Of a stretch of 64,000 nt of DNA, positions 41,783-55,275 are shown piece after piece (position 1 is the first letter of the stretch; each line of letters opens with the position of its first letter). Position numbers and translations under genes: made by a program. The notes under the pieces were generated by a model that worked only from the letters and a program-made list of their open reading frames with translations, ran no database searches and had not been told where the DNA came from. Source of the DNA: Octopus vulgaris (Eukaryota); contig OX597827.1 of assembly GCA_951406725.2 (NCBI GenBank), positions 63,550,001-63,614,000 on the forward strand, written 5' to 3'.

Positions 41783-42044
41783 CATCATCATCATTCAGTG
41801 TTTTTAAATCTGGGTTTTGTCCCTGTTAACTGAGGTGGCCTCAATGCCATAGCAACTGAGGCAGGCATGTGCAGCCAACCCAACCTTTGGGTTGGCTGGT
41901 GCACATTCTCCTTTGCTCTCATGAGGTTTTTTGGAAGCTGGATTTTCTACGGGGAGCATTCCCTTGCTTACCCTCGACCTCAGTTTCTAGACATGAGTGG
42001 TCCCTAGGTGCCAGTAAGGCAACACTGGTAATGATCACACTTGA

Positions 42045-42500
42045 ATGGTGCCCCTCTTGATAGGAAGAAGATTTCGAGACATCAAGGAAATCCAAGAGAA
42101 TGCAACAAGGCAGCTGCTTGCTATCCCCCAAAAAGGAGTCCTAGGAATGCTTCCAGCAATGGAAACAATGCTGGATAAAGTGTGTGGCTTCAAGAAGGGG
42201 ACTACTTCAAAGGAGATTAACCCTTTAGTGTTTGCATTATTCTGTCAAAATTAATCTTTTTTTATCCACATTGTTTTGAACTAATCATGCGTTATCTTGT
42301 AGTTATGAGATTTTGATGAGGTAGCTGTTAATTTTCAAAATGATATTGTAGGGTTGGTATGAGAGACCAGATCTGGCCAGTTTCAACATAAAACAGGCAG
42401 AATACTTTGGGCCGGATATGGCCGGTTTAAATGCTAAATTAACAAGTGTTGTAGTTTTCTTTTTATAGCACCAGTCCTGATGCTTTTTGATCAGACCTTG
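42045..42500 (+). pseudogene. mariner transposon 3' end (transposase C-terminus plus TIR), interrupted by a TTAA MITE at 42221-42438
   Basis: LIGRRFRDIKEIQENATRQLLAIP..ECFQQWKQCWIKCV..GDYFKGD*, then the TIR-like cagtcctgatgctttttgatcagaccttg|TA. Confidence 0.85.
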
Positions 42501-42594
42501 TATATAACCACAAATTCAGCATCAGGAATTCATGTTAAAAGTGTAGGAGTAAATGAAGGATGAGGAGAAAAGGACAAGAATGCACATAACTAAC

Positions 42595-42820
42595 TGGCAT
42601 GTCATCAGTTACGATGACGAGAGTCCCACTTGATCCGATCGAGTGGAAATTGATGTGCAAGTGGTTGAAATAATCTGCAAATTAATGTACAAATGGTTGA
42701 GCAATCCACAAGCAAGCATAGTCTTAATGTAGCTCTGAGGGAGATCCAGCATGACAGAGAATGGTACAAGACTGATCCATTGAATTACAGGTTCTGGATC
42801 AATGTGAAATAAAGTGTCTG
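42595..42820 (-). mobile_element. SINE family E fragment
   Basis: Reverse-complement homology to 57490-57683 (gatccgatc, gtgctcagccacttg). Confidence 0.55.
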
Positions 42821-43436
42821 GATCTTTACGTTTTGACCGGCAGATTTAGAAAATAATTTTTTTGTAACTAAACACTTTCAAACTTCGTATACAGGTAGAA
42901 TGTGTCATATAAAACATCTTTTACTCTTATCGTTTTTGAGAAAAGTCTATATTTATGAAGTTATTTCGTGTTAAAGTTGTCGTATTTCGGTAATTTCAAC
43001 CAATCAATGACGTGCATTCAGCTGAATAAAATTACTGCTGTTGTCAACAACAACTTCTGGCAGTGTATATTTCGTTTGTCACTGTTATTTATGACATATT
43101 TAATCTCAGTTACTTTTGTATGAATAAATGAGTGTATCTGAAGCATGTTTACTTCATGGCACCACCATAATCGTTCGTGCATTTCTACTGCTTTTAGTTT
43201 GTTTTTTTTTCTGTTTTTCAGCTGCTATTTTTGGAAAGACTTTTTTGCCCCCCTACCCCTACCCCTCCAATTTCTTCATTTTTCATTTTTTTCCATAACT
43301 CTAACCCTAAAACCCCAACCCTAACCCTAAACCTAACCTTAAAACCTTAACCCTAACACCCTAACCCTAAGCCTAACCCTAAAACCCTAATCCTAACCCT
43401 AATTCTAAAACCCTAACCTCAACCTTAAAATCCTAA
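42820..43436 (+). mobile_element. GGATC-terminus element, right end lost, with a ~135-bp degenerate (CCCTAA)n array
   Basis: The 5' part aligns to 22070-22280. The telomere-like array is at 43300-43436. Confidence 0.75.
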
Positions 43437-43459
43437 CCAAGTTTGATTCCAGGCAGTGA

Positions 43460-43508
<49 letters not shown>

Positions 43509-43706
43509 CATAATAATAATAACATCGAAAAATACCTTAGGAATGAGAACCCAGGTTCAAAATTTCCCCAAGACACCTGATGAAGGCTGGAGGGTATAGC
43601 AGCTGAAACGTTGTGTTAACAACAAACAAGATGAGGACAAATATCCGTCAAATATAAATTATGTAAATAATGTACATAATTCCTCACCTCTTAAATATAG
43701 AACTGA
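43437..43706 (+). mobile_element. Short non-coding HHR-bearing element (B-box-like head, (AAT)n linker, hammerhead)
   Basis: Homologous to both arms at 34205-34630. Confidence 0.8.
43572..43617 (+). ncRNA. Minimal type I hammerhead ribozyme (palindromic stem III, PLE type)
   Basis: gacac CTGATGA a ggctg-gagggtatag-cagct GAAAC GTT gtgtt; core nucleotides intact; GUU triplet. Confidence 0.75.
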
Positions 43707-43709
43707 ATT

Positions 43710-44540
43710 CTTATTTGTTCTGCGTTGTGCATGGCTAAGCTGAAGATGGAGAGATGCCAACTGGAGTGATTTGCGCTGCAAGAATGGCACAAAACAGGAG
43801 AGAGACATTGCTAAAAGAGATGGATGTGTCTAAAGTATTCAGTGAAGCAACCATCCAGGTGTCACCCACTTTTCCTGATGTCACAGGTGGAGCATTTTAG
43901 GCAGTAGATATGATTGGCAGAGATGCGAGTAAAGGTTGAAATGGTAGTTGGGTCAGATGAGGGTGAAGGCAGCGACCTGGCAGAAACGTTAGCACACCGG
44001 GCGAAATACTTAGCGGTATTTCGTCTGTCTTTACGTTCTGAGTTCAAATTCCGCCGAGGTCGACTTTGCCTTTCATCCTTTGGGGTCGATAAATTAAGTA
44101 CCAGTTACGCACTGGGGTTGATATAATCGACTTAATACCTATGTCTGTCCTTGTTTGTCCCCTCTATGTTTAGCCCCTTGTGGGTAATAAAGAAATAGGT
44201 ATTGGAGAGAAAAAGGATCTGTTGTGTATCATGAGCAAAGAAGGGATTACTGTTGGTTGAAGAAAGGAGAGAGCTACAGACGAGTAGGTTACTAGATTAA
44301 GGGTCTGCTAAACAGACGGGAAGGATGAATTGAGGATGGTATGTGGGGAAACATCAAGTCAAATTGGAGGGGTCAGACTGAGCATACGATTGTAAACTGG
44401 AGGAGGTCTTCTAGAGGTGTGATACACGAGGCAGAACAGAGAACAGTTTGGAGTAGGATGGAAGTGAGGAGAGAGTGTGTGTAGAGGTTTGGTCAGTATG
44501 GCCGGAGACAGAAGAAGGAGAAGGAGAGGGTTAGGGTTAG
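43710..44540 (-). pseudogene. Penelope-like element relic (linker plus GIY-YIG), split by SINE A at 43967-44200
   Basis: Minus-strand motifs CLVYH, FSRPLNL, TFTRISANHIYCLKCSTC, GCFTEYFRHI and PVLCHSCSANHS. Confidence 0.65.
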
Positions 44541-44732
44541 GGGTAATCTGCATTCAATGAAGTGACATATTATGCTCTGACATTGAGTTTCTTCCAGAAA
44601 TCATGAGTGTTGTTAGACAGAGACACCAGAGTAAAGAGTGAAAGCAGACGGGGAGTATGTTTGGAATGTTTTGGGTCTCACAAACATGTGTGTACATGTA
44701 TATGTATATATACTGCATCTATCTGTCTATAT

Positions 44733-44780
<48 letters not shown>

Positions 44781-44906
44781 ATATATATATATATATATGT
44801 GTGTGTCTGTGAGTGTGTGTATGAAATATGTATATATATGTGTTTGTGTTTGTATGTTTCTGAGAGGTAGAATCTGAGAGGTAAAAAGATAGATAGAAGA
44901 AAGAAT

Positions 44907-44943
<37 letters not shown>

Positions 44944-45276
44944 GGATAATCAACATTCAGTATTGACAACATTGACATCAACGGTGATGATAAGAATGAC
45001 AACGATAGGGATGATGATGATGATGATGATGATGATCATCATCATCATCACGATGATGGCAGTGGTGATGGTGGTGGTGGTGGTGGTGGTGGTGGTGGTG
45101 GTGTTGATGATGATGATGATGGTGATGATGGCAGTAGTGGTGTTGGCAGTGGTGGTGGTAGTGATGGTGTTGGCAGTGGTGGTGGTGGTGGTGATGATGA
45201 CAATGTGGCAGAAGAGTATTATAAGAATGAGGATGCTGAGGGTAATGTAAGAGAAGGATTTTAGAAATTTAGGATG

Positions 45277-45335
<59 letters not shown>

Positions 45336-45367
45336 CATATTTATATATATATATGTATATATATATG

Positions 45368-45446
<79 letters not shown>

Positions 45447-45834
45447 TATATATATATACATATATATATATATATTATATATATATATATATTATATATG
45501 TATATATATATATATATATATACATATCTATAGACACATACACACACACACACAGACACTAGGAGGTCGATAGATAGAGAGGGAAAGGGATAAGTGTGAG
45601 TTTGTGTGTGTGTGTGTGTGTGTAGGTGTGTGCACACGTGCATGCGTGTAGGTGTATGGTGAGTGGTGTACGGAGATGCTGCAGAGAAAGAGTCCATTGA
45701 AAGATTTCCAGCAGGAAACATGGTGTCTGCTGTAGTTCCCTGATCACTTGTAAGACAATCAGCATTGAATTTCCTTGGAATTGTCTTCCAAAACACTGAA
45801 GATGCATTCATACACTGCACATCTACAAATAACT

Positions 45835-45837
<3 letters not shown>

Positions 45838-45917
<80 letters not shown>
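45838..45917. repeat. Pure (CA)n microsatellite
   Basis: Seen directly. Confidence 0.95.
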
Positions 45918-45919
<2 letters not shown>

Positions 45920-46326
45920 AACACCGTCACACCACGCAGACACACACACTGCAACACATGCACGTATGCACAAAAATGTGCATGACTACACAAACACACA
46001 CACACACACACGTATATATATGCATATGTAAACATGCAGACACAAAGCTCACACATTCGTGCACTACACACACGTAGACACACATGTAGCTACACACATG
46101 CACAAAACTCACACATTCGCTTACACAAACATACAGATATCTCAATATGTGTATGTGTGAGTGTGTCTGTGTGTGTGTATGTTTTTATATATGTGTGTGT
46201 GTATGTATGTATATATATGTATAAATATCTATGTGTGTATATATATATATGTATGTATGCATTATATATATATGTATATATATATATATATGCATGCGTG
46301 TGCATATATAGGTATGTGTATATGTG

Positions 46327-46363
<37 letters not shown>

Positions 46364-46403
46364 ATAGCTATGTATGTGTTTATATATATGTACATATTTA
46401 TAT

Positions 46404-46442
<39 letters not shown>

Positions 46443-46811
46443 TATTTATATTTGAATATATATATATATATATATGTATATACATGTGTGTGCATATATA
46501 TATATGTGTGTATGTATATATGCTCATATACTTGTATATTTTTGTTACGTGAACATACACACACACACAAAGTTCTCCCTGTACAAAAATGTATAGACAG
46601 ACATATTCACGCATGGCCATGCACATAGGGAGACAAGTATGCATACACAGATACACATACTCAGAGACATACGCATACACACATACATACAGCCACACCA
46701 ATACTCTCCCAGTCCTACACACATGTACATAGAAAATATGTATATATGTATATACACACATACATATATATATGTATGTATGTAATGTATGTATATATGT
46801 ATACATATTTT

Positions 46812-46859
<48 letters not shown>

Positions 46860-46887
46860 TATACACTTACACAGACATACAGACATA

Positions 46888-46939
<52 letters not shown>

Positions 46940-47164
46940 TACCACTTAGACAGACATAGAGACGTGCACATACACACACACACACACATGCAGAATGGAA
47001 AATGTAATAAAATATAAAGGGTGAAACAATAGAATTAAGAAGAAGCAAGGAAACAGTAAAAGGAGGAATTTTGAAGGAGAGAGGGGAAAAAATAAATAAA
47101 TAAATAAATAAATAAGCAAATAAAGCAGCAATAGGAATGCCAAGAACATAAAAAGGAAATCCAA

Positions 47165-47205
47165 TAATAACCTTGATGATAATAATAATAATAATAATAA
47201 TGATG

Positions 47206-47258
<53 letters not shown>

Positions 47259-47301
47259 AATGATAATAATAATAATGATAATAATAATAATAATAATGAT
47301 G

Positions 47302-47338
<37 letters not shown>

Positions 47339-47475
47339 TAATAAATTATAATAATAAATTAGGATAATAATGACTACAGTAATAATAATGATGATGATGA
47401 TGATGATGATGATTTCTGTTATTTGCCACAAGGGTGCAGGATTTTGGATACCATGCCTAGAAAGAAAAATGACTG

Positions 47476-47515
<40 letters not shown>

Positions 47516-47576
47516 TAAATTATAATAATAAATTATGATAATAATGACAACAGCAATAATAATAACAACAGTAAAA

Positions 47577-47623
<47 letters not shown>

Positions 47624-47682
47624 TGTTATTTGCCACAAGTGTGCAGGATTTTGGATACTGTGCCTAGAAAGAGAAATGACTG

Positions 47683-47719
<37 letters not shown>

Positions 47720-47720
47720 A
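47165..47720. repeat. (TAA/TGA)n tract with a duplicated ~70-bp SINE-tail-like insert
   Basis: tgttatttgccacaag.gtgcaggattttggatac..tgcctagaaaga.aaatgactgat occurs twice (about 47415 and 47622). Confidence 0.85.
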
Positions 47721-48204
47721 TAATAAATACTAAATAATAATACATATCACATTCTCCTTATTGTTCATTATTGAGAGAAAAATAACGGCAACAACAATTA
47801 CCGTGATGGCGGCAATAGTGTTGTTTGTGGTATAGTAATATCATTATTATTATTATTATTATTATCATTATTATTATTATTATTATGATTGTTGTTGTTG
47901 TTGTTGTTAAGGGTGATGAGCTGGCAGAATCTTTAACATGCCAGACAAAATACTCTGCAGCTTTTCTTCAGGCTTTACGTTGTAAGTTCAAATTCACCTG
48001 AGGTCAACTCTACCTCTCATCCCTTCTGGGTCAATGTAATTAACTAGCTTCCTCCTACAAAATTTCAGGGCTTTTACCTGCAGTAAAAAAAAGGTTATTT
48101 ATAATATTATTATTATTTGTTATTTATAATATTATTATTATTTGTAGTTTTATTATCATTATTAGTATTATTATTGATATTGTTGTTGTTGTTGTTGTTG
48201 TTAT

Positions 48205-48446
48205 CATTGAGCGAGAGAGCAGTGCTTGCCATTGAAGTGACACTAGTGTACAAATATACAAAACCCAGTATGCCCATCATGACTACCAGTCTGATAAGGG
48301 TACACCAAGCACATGCATCACACCCATGTGCGCACGACATGGTGATTTCATGACCTTGCAGGTGGCGGGGTCCAGTTAAAATTTTCTTCAGGTCAAGTAG
48401 CCAATCCCACTCAAAAGGTTGTTTAAGGATGTTGAATGAGACACCC

Positions 48447-48447
<1 letters not shown>
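48205..48447 (-). mobile_element. Non-coding repeat family F within a TAA/CAA microsatellite
   Basis: Homologous to 61675-61920, with (TAA)n-type tracts on both sides. Confidence 0.7.
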
Positions 48448-48486
<39 letters not shown>

Positions 48487-48950
48487 TCAGTTAAAATTCT
48501 GCTGAGGCTGACTTTGCATTCATCCTTTCAGGGTCGATGAAATAAGTACCAGTTATACACTGGGGTCCATGAAATCGACTCACCCCTCCCACCAATATTG
48601 CTGGCCCTGTGCTAAAATTTGAAATTATTATTAATGATGATGATGATGATGATGATGATAATCTTATGTATATTGGCCATTAGGTTTCAAAGTGAAACTA
48701 AAAATACGAAACTATTATGAGAGGCTCTAAAAAAAAAAAAAGAAAGGAAAGCTTTAAGTATGAATTTGCAAATAGAAATACACTAGAATTTTAAAGGTAC
48801 AGACACATGTACACATACACACACACAAACACACACACACACAAACACACACATATTTGCATTACCATGAAACACAGTGATTAAAAATGATGAAATCAAA
48901 GGAAATAAAACAGTGATTTATTGATTAGTTTGAATTAAGGCATTTGATGA

Positions 48951-49040
48951 CCCTGTTAGCCTAACCATTCCTCAAAGTCCCTGTTTGCCTAACCATTCCT
49001 CAAAGTCCCTGTTAGCCTAACCATTCCTCAAAGTCCCTGT
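48951..49040. repeat. 28-bp minisatellite, about 3 copies
   Basis: ccctgttagcctaaccattcctcaaagt repeated three times. Confidence 0.95.
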
Positions 49041-50678
49041 AAGTGCAACCGAATGCACCAATAAGCATATTTTAGACATGTTGTTGTTTTACAACACCAG
49101 AATGTTCAAGGTAATCTCTTTTGCGTTCAGCATAATACCTTAGTTTGATTTTATTAATAATCTATCTTTGGCATGTTGTTTTATATCCTGAATCGAACTG
49201 TGTCTTAGCTGAGCCTTCAGTTTCAAAGGTACAGCAGATAATGCCATAACTTTTGCATTTTTCGATTGAGAGCATTTCTCCATATATGTCCTGGAGAGCC
49301 TGTTGTATGATTTGACATGAAAGAAGATTCTGTGCTTTCATAAGCAGAGATATATAATATTTCTCTTTGCCCTCTCCTGGATTAGGTCCTCTGGCAAAGA
49401 AATGCTATTTTAGTTTTATGCAATTCCTCTACCTACAATCTTCTTTCTCGTAAACTGTGATCTAAAATTCTATATGTTTAGTTGTAGTAATGAGAGATTT
49501 GCCTTAAAGCAACTACTGTGTGAACAGGCTGCAATATTTGAATTTCTGTAGGAATTGCTTCAGATTTTGTACTTTTTACTACCATCATCATCTCAGAAAC
49601 TACTAAAACTACATATTCGACTGTTTGGTACATTTCTTTGTATTAATTTTTCATTCTGATACTCATTTTCTCATTTTCCCCTCCTTTTGTATATTAGAAG
49701 AACCAGGGCCCATAGAATCTCTATTAATTTTTCACTATTCTTTTACTTGTTTCAGTCATGTGACTGTGGCCATGCAGGAGCACTGCCTTTAGTCGAGGAA
49801 ATCGACCCCAGGACTTATTCTTTGTAAGCCTAGTACTTATTCTACCGGTATCTTTTGCCACTGATGTATCTTTTTGCCACTGATACAGCTTGGCACCAGA
49901 GATGTCACAACTCATTTTTGCAGCTGAGTGAACTGGAGCAATGTGAAATAAAGTGTCTTGCTCAAGAACACAATACTGCCCAGTCTGGGAATCAAATTCA
50001 TTACTTCATGATTGTGAACTCGACACTCTAACAATTGAGCCATACATTAAAAAAAGAAACCTAGCTGTTTCTTGCAATATGTACAAATAAATATATCATC
50101 ATCATTGTTTAACATCCGCTTTCCATGTTGCCATGGGTTGGACGATTTGACTGAGGACTGGCGAACCAGATGGCTGCACTAGGCTCCAATCTTGATCTGG
50201 CAGAGTTTCTACAGCTGGATGCCCTTCCTAACGCCAACCACTCCAAGAGTGTAGTGGGTGCTTTTACATGGCACCGGCACAAGGGCCAGTCAGGCCAAGC
50301 TCAAATGGTGTTTTTTACATGCCACCTGCACAGGAACCAGTCCAGCGGCCCTGGCAACGTCTAAAACTAAATTTTCAGGGGCCCTTCAAAATAAATCTCC
50401 AATTTACTATTTTGTTGCATGGACCCCTGAAAATCTTATATGGACCCTCAGGGGCCATAAGGAACCCAGTTTTAGATGAAGAGGTAATTAGCTCAAAGTC
50501 AATGTTGTGTGTTTGGGAGTTGGGTCTTGTTTTAATTTTGTTGCTCAAATGTCTTTCAGAAAGGCATGAAGGTCACAATATCTTACACACACACATGCAC
50601 CAAATCCCTAACACTTCTCTTATTTTTGGGGCGTGTTTCATGCTACACAGAGAGAAAAAATTTAGAAAAGAAGCAAAC

Positions 50679-50717
<39 letters not shown>

Positions 50718-51295
50718 AACACACACACACACACACACAAATAAAAGAATTCAGGTCTTGTGTCTGTGTAGGTAAATCGATAAATAATGATTATTGCCTG
50801 AGAAGGAATCAAGAAAAAAAAAACAAAAAGAAGAAAATAAAGGAAGGCAAACTAAGTAGACAGAGAAGGAGGAGGAGTGGGAGGGGGAGGAAGGGAGAAA
50901 GGTACATATAAAAGGGGAGGCAAAGAAGAAAGAGAAGTAGGAGGAGAAAAGAAAGAGAGAGAGAGAGGTACACACGGCATGAGAGATAAGAGGAGACAGC
51001 AGAAGGAGGTGGAGATAGAAGGAGAGATAGACAGATAGATAGACAGAGGAGGAGGGATATGCATACAGAAAAACAATGAGAGAGGGGGAGAGGAGCTAGG
51101 AAAATGAGTTTGAGGGGGAGGGCAAAAAAAAAGAGGAAAAAGATGGAAGATGGAGCAAAGAAGTGAAGTAATTCAATAAATCAATGAAATCAGACCGATT
51201 GATTTCAGAAGATATTCTCTGTGTAGAAGACTGTGTAATTCCAGTCACCGCCACCCCCCTACCGCTCACCCCTTCTCTTCTCTCATTCATATTAC

Positions 51296-51326
<31 letters not shown>

Positions 51327-51362
51327 CTCTCTCTCTCTCTCTCTCTCTCATGACAACACACA

Positions 51363-51396
<34 letters not shown>

Positions 51397-52858
51397 TTCT
51401 TACAATTTTACACTTTCTTAGTCACCCTCTCTCTCTTTTATGCTTCCTCTATCTATCTGTCTTTCTCTGCTTCTCTGCCACTCTCTTATTCTTCTCTCTC
51501 TTTCTCTCTCTCTGTTTATATGTAAGTGTACATGTTTGTATGTTTATATATATGTGTGTGTGTGTGTGCACTTATATATAAACATATACATATATATATA
51601 TATATATACTTATATGTGTATATATACATACATATATCTATATTACACATTCAGTACCAATACATGTATATGCTCTACAAAGATACATCATAAGTAGTCT
51701 TACTGAACTATTGTTTTTTTTTACCAAAGTGCTCAACAAACGTTCCTAATAAATTAGGAATTACTCGGAAACCATGTTACTAAATCCATACAATAAAAAA
51801 AAAAAAAAAAGAAAAATGGAAAGACTTCAACTTCTAATTCACGACATAAAGGAAATATATATGGTCTTAGACTTTTGTTTTCCTAGTTTCGGTCATTGAA
51901 CTGTGGCCATGCTGGAGCACTGCCTTTAACACATAAAGCATGACGGGCTACAATTGTGGCAATCAAGCACAGGTCAGTCAACAGGCCACGATCGTAGCCC
52001 AGATAGATGCATTTAATTCATAGGTGTTTGTTGGGGTCTAATGTCACTCAAATGCTCCGATACCCCCCAGAATGCAAGAGGACTAATAGTTTAACTAATG
52101 ACTTTTCAGATGATGTAAAACTTAATATGGCATAGTGGTTAAGAGTGCGGGCTACTAACCCCAAGATTCCAAGTTTTATCTTTGTACAAGACACCTCACT
52201 TCATGTTACTCCAATCTAGTGAAATGTAAATGAGTACCAACCGGGTATTGGTGCAGTTATCTTCCTGCCAACTGCCACACATTAGGTATTCCACTGGACC
52301 GAGAGTAAGAGTTATCTATGTCTGCCTAATACTGCATAGGCATCTAAAACATTTAGCAAAAGCATGGTACAGTTTACTAAGCCATACTTGCTTGTATGTA
52401 ATTGCAGGCTGTACTGCATTTTGTTCTGAGAAGAGCTTCAGTAAATTGGATAACCCAATTTGCATAAATAATGCATTCTCAGCAACCAGCTTGCTTATTC
52501 GATAAAAATAATGTTGGTTTCAAATTTTGGCACCAGGCCAGCAATTTCAGGGGAGTGGGTAAGTTGATTACATCAACACCATTAGCAACTTTATAAATCA
52601 TTAATGTAGTTTTGTGGTTAGGAAGATTGTTTTGCAACCACATAGTTTCAGGTTCAATACCCTATCTTGTGCAGATGTCTTCTACTATGGCTATGGGCCA
52701 ACCAATACTCTGTGAGTGAATTTAGGAGATGGAAACTGTGAAGAAGCCTATTGTGTGTGTGTGTTTGTGTTTGACACTTCACCATCAGGAGATAATAATA
52801 ATAATAATAATAATAATAATAGTATAATAATGATAATAATAATAATGATGATGATGAT

Positions 52859-52896
<38 letters not shown>

Positions 52897-52897
<1 letters not shown>

Positions 52898-53133
52898 GAT
52901 AGCAGTAGTACCAATAATTGTCGGAGCCCTGGGAACAGTGAGCAAAAATCTTGAGTATGTGGAACAAATAGGGACTGCAATAAGGGTGGAACACTTGCAG
53001 AAAACAGCACTGCTTGGGACCGCTCGAATACTCTGGAAGTGTGCTCGAAAAATAAGAGGTGTTAACTTTAGTTCACTGGTAGTGAACAGCTGACACCGTA
53101 GTACATCTCCAGCCTTAGAAGCTGTGCAAGGGC
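52897..53133 (+). mobile_element. R4/Dong-clade non-LTR retrotransposon 3' end in (TAA)n
   Basis: IAVVPIIVGALGTVSKNL...HLQKTALLGTARIL is the typical C-terminus after the restriction-like endonuclease. (TAA)n lies on both sides. Confidence 0.8.
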
Positions 53134-53364
53134 AATAATAATAATAATAATCCTTTTTGCTAAAGGCATGAGGCCTGAAATTTGGTGGGAGGAGACTAGA
53201 TAATTGTGTCGACCCCTGTGTATAACTGGTACTTAATGTACTGACCCCCACCAAAAGGATGAAAAGCAAATGTGAACTCAGAACATGAAGACAGACGAAA
53301 TACAGCAAAGCATTTTGCCTGGTGTGCTAACGATTCTGCCAGTTTGCCACCCTAATAATGATAA

Positions 53365-53396
<32 letters not shown>

Positions 53397-53782
53397 ATAT
53401 GCAGTTATCATTTGTTCTAATAGAAAAATGCTTTCAGATAATTAACTTTGTATGTTTTATGTTTATTTATTTGAAAAACAAAAAAAAAGACCAGTTTCAT
53501 CTCTGTTGACCATTAGATGTCCTTGTCTGTGTATGTGTACTTGTACTAGAATCAAACTCACATTGTAGTCGCTGAACTTGCTAAAAATAACAGCCAAATC
53601 TCTCTCAAATTACATCTTTACCCTTTTGATACCAACCCGGCTGAAACCACCTCTGTCTCTGTAGTTCAAATGTCTTGTTTCCATAAGTTTTGAATTAAAA
53701 TCTTCCACCAGACCTTAGTCACAATTTATGTTCCTAACACTAGTTTAATGATAACTAAGTTATTTTACTCATTTCATTGTCA

Positions 53783-54145
53783 TAGGAGTGGCTGTGTGGT
53801 AAGTAGCTTGCTTACGAACCACATGGTTCCGGGTTCAGTCCCACTGCGTGGCACCTTGGTCAAGTGTCGGCCTCAGGCCAACCAAAACCTTGTGAGTGGA
53901 TTTGGTAGACAGAAACTGAAAGAAGCCTGTCGTATATATGTATATGTATATATATGTGTGTGTTTGTTTGACTGTGTTTGTCTCCCCAACATCACTTGAC
54001 AACTGATGCTGGTGTGTTTACCTCCTCGTAACATAGTGGTTCGTCAAAAGAGACCGATAGAATAAGTCCTGGGGTCGATTTGCTCAATTAAAGGTGGTGC
54101 TCCAGCATGGCCACAGTCAAGTAGCTGAAACAAGTAAATGAGTAA
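53783..54145 (+). mobile_element. SINE family B
   Basis: Family consensus with small deletions. Confidence 0.9.
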
Positions 54146-54328
54146 AAGATATTCAAAATTAATCGAAAGAAACACAGAACACCTCAAAATAAATACAGTA
54201 AAGAAAAGGTCACATTGGATAATATAATCTTAAATGTATCTTGTTTCAGTCACTGGACTGTGGCCATGCTGGGGTACAAACCTTGAAAGGTTTTAGTAGA
54301 TCAAATCACTTCAAACCGCCCTACCCCA

Positions 54329-54363
<35 letters not shown>

Positions 54364-54365
54364 CA

Positions 54366-54410
<45 letters not shown>

Positions 54411-54802
54411 TTAAGGTGGCGAGCTGGCAGAATTGCTACTGTACTGAACAAAATGCTTAGTGGTATTTCTTCTGACTTTATCTTGTGAGTTCAAATCTCA
54501 CTGGGGAGGTTGACTTTGCCTTTCATCCTTTCGGGGTCAGTAAAATAAGTACCAGTGAAACACTGGGCTCGACGTAATTGACTTAACCCCTGCCCCAAAA
54601 TTGCTGGCCTTGTGCCAAAATTTTAAATATTGGTTTCAAATTTTTGAACCCAGTGCTCAATTGGTACTTATTTTATTGACTGCCCCTGGAGTGGATAAAA
54701 GACAAATTTGATCTTGGCAGAATTTGAACCCAGAACGTGAAGACAGACGAAATGCTGCCGAACATTTTGCCTAACATGCTAATGATTCTGCTCCCCACCC
54801 CC

Positions 54803-55275
54803 ATACACACACACTTGTATTAAATCAGTCACTTTTGCTGAATTACTACAGGAGTGTAAACAAACCGACACAGGTTGTCAAGTGGTGGTGAGGGACAAAC
54901 ACATGCACAAAGACGCACATACACACGCACTTGTATTAAATTAGTCTCTTTTGCTGAATTACTACAGGAATGCAAACAAACCAACACAGGTTGTTAAGTG
55001 GTGGTGAGGGACAAACACATGCACAAAGGTGCACATACACACGCACTTGTATTAAATTAGTCTGTTTTGCTGAATTACTACAGGAATGCAAACAAACCAA
55101 CACAGGTTGTTAAGTGGTGGTGAGGGACAAACACATGCACAAAGACGCACATACACACGCACTTGTATTAAATTAGTCTCTTTTGCTGAATTACTACAGG
55201 AATGCAAACAAACCAACACAGGTTGTTAAGTGGTGGTGAGGGACAAACACATGCACAAAGATGCACAAACACATG
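54803..55275. repeat. 116-bp tandem repeat, four copies, derived from SINE family B
   Basis: acttgtattaaat starts at 54813, 54929, 55045 and 55161. Confidence 0.95.

Noticed and set aside
48951-49040. 28-bp repeats as a CRISPR array
   Set aside because: No spacers, no cas genes, and a eukaryotic context.
49040-49660. Unique-looking stretch that may be decayed coding sequence on the minus strand
   Set aside because: Multiple stops and no family motif recognised; needs BLASTX.
52128-52176. tRNA gene
   Set aside because: Only an A-box and partial arms are present and it continues into a SINE body, so it is a SINE head.
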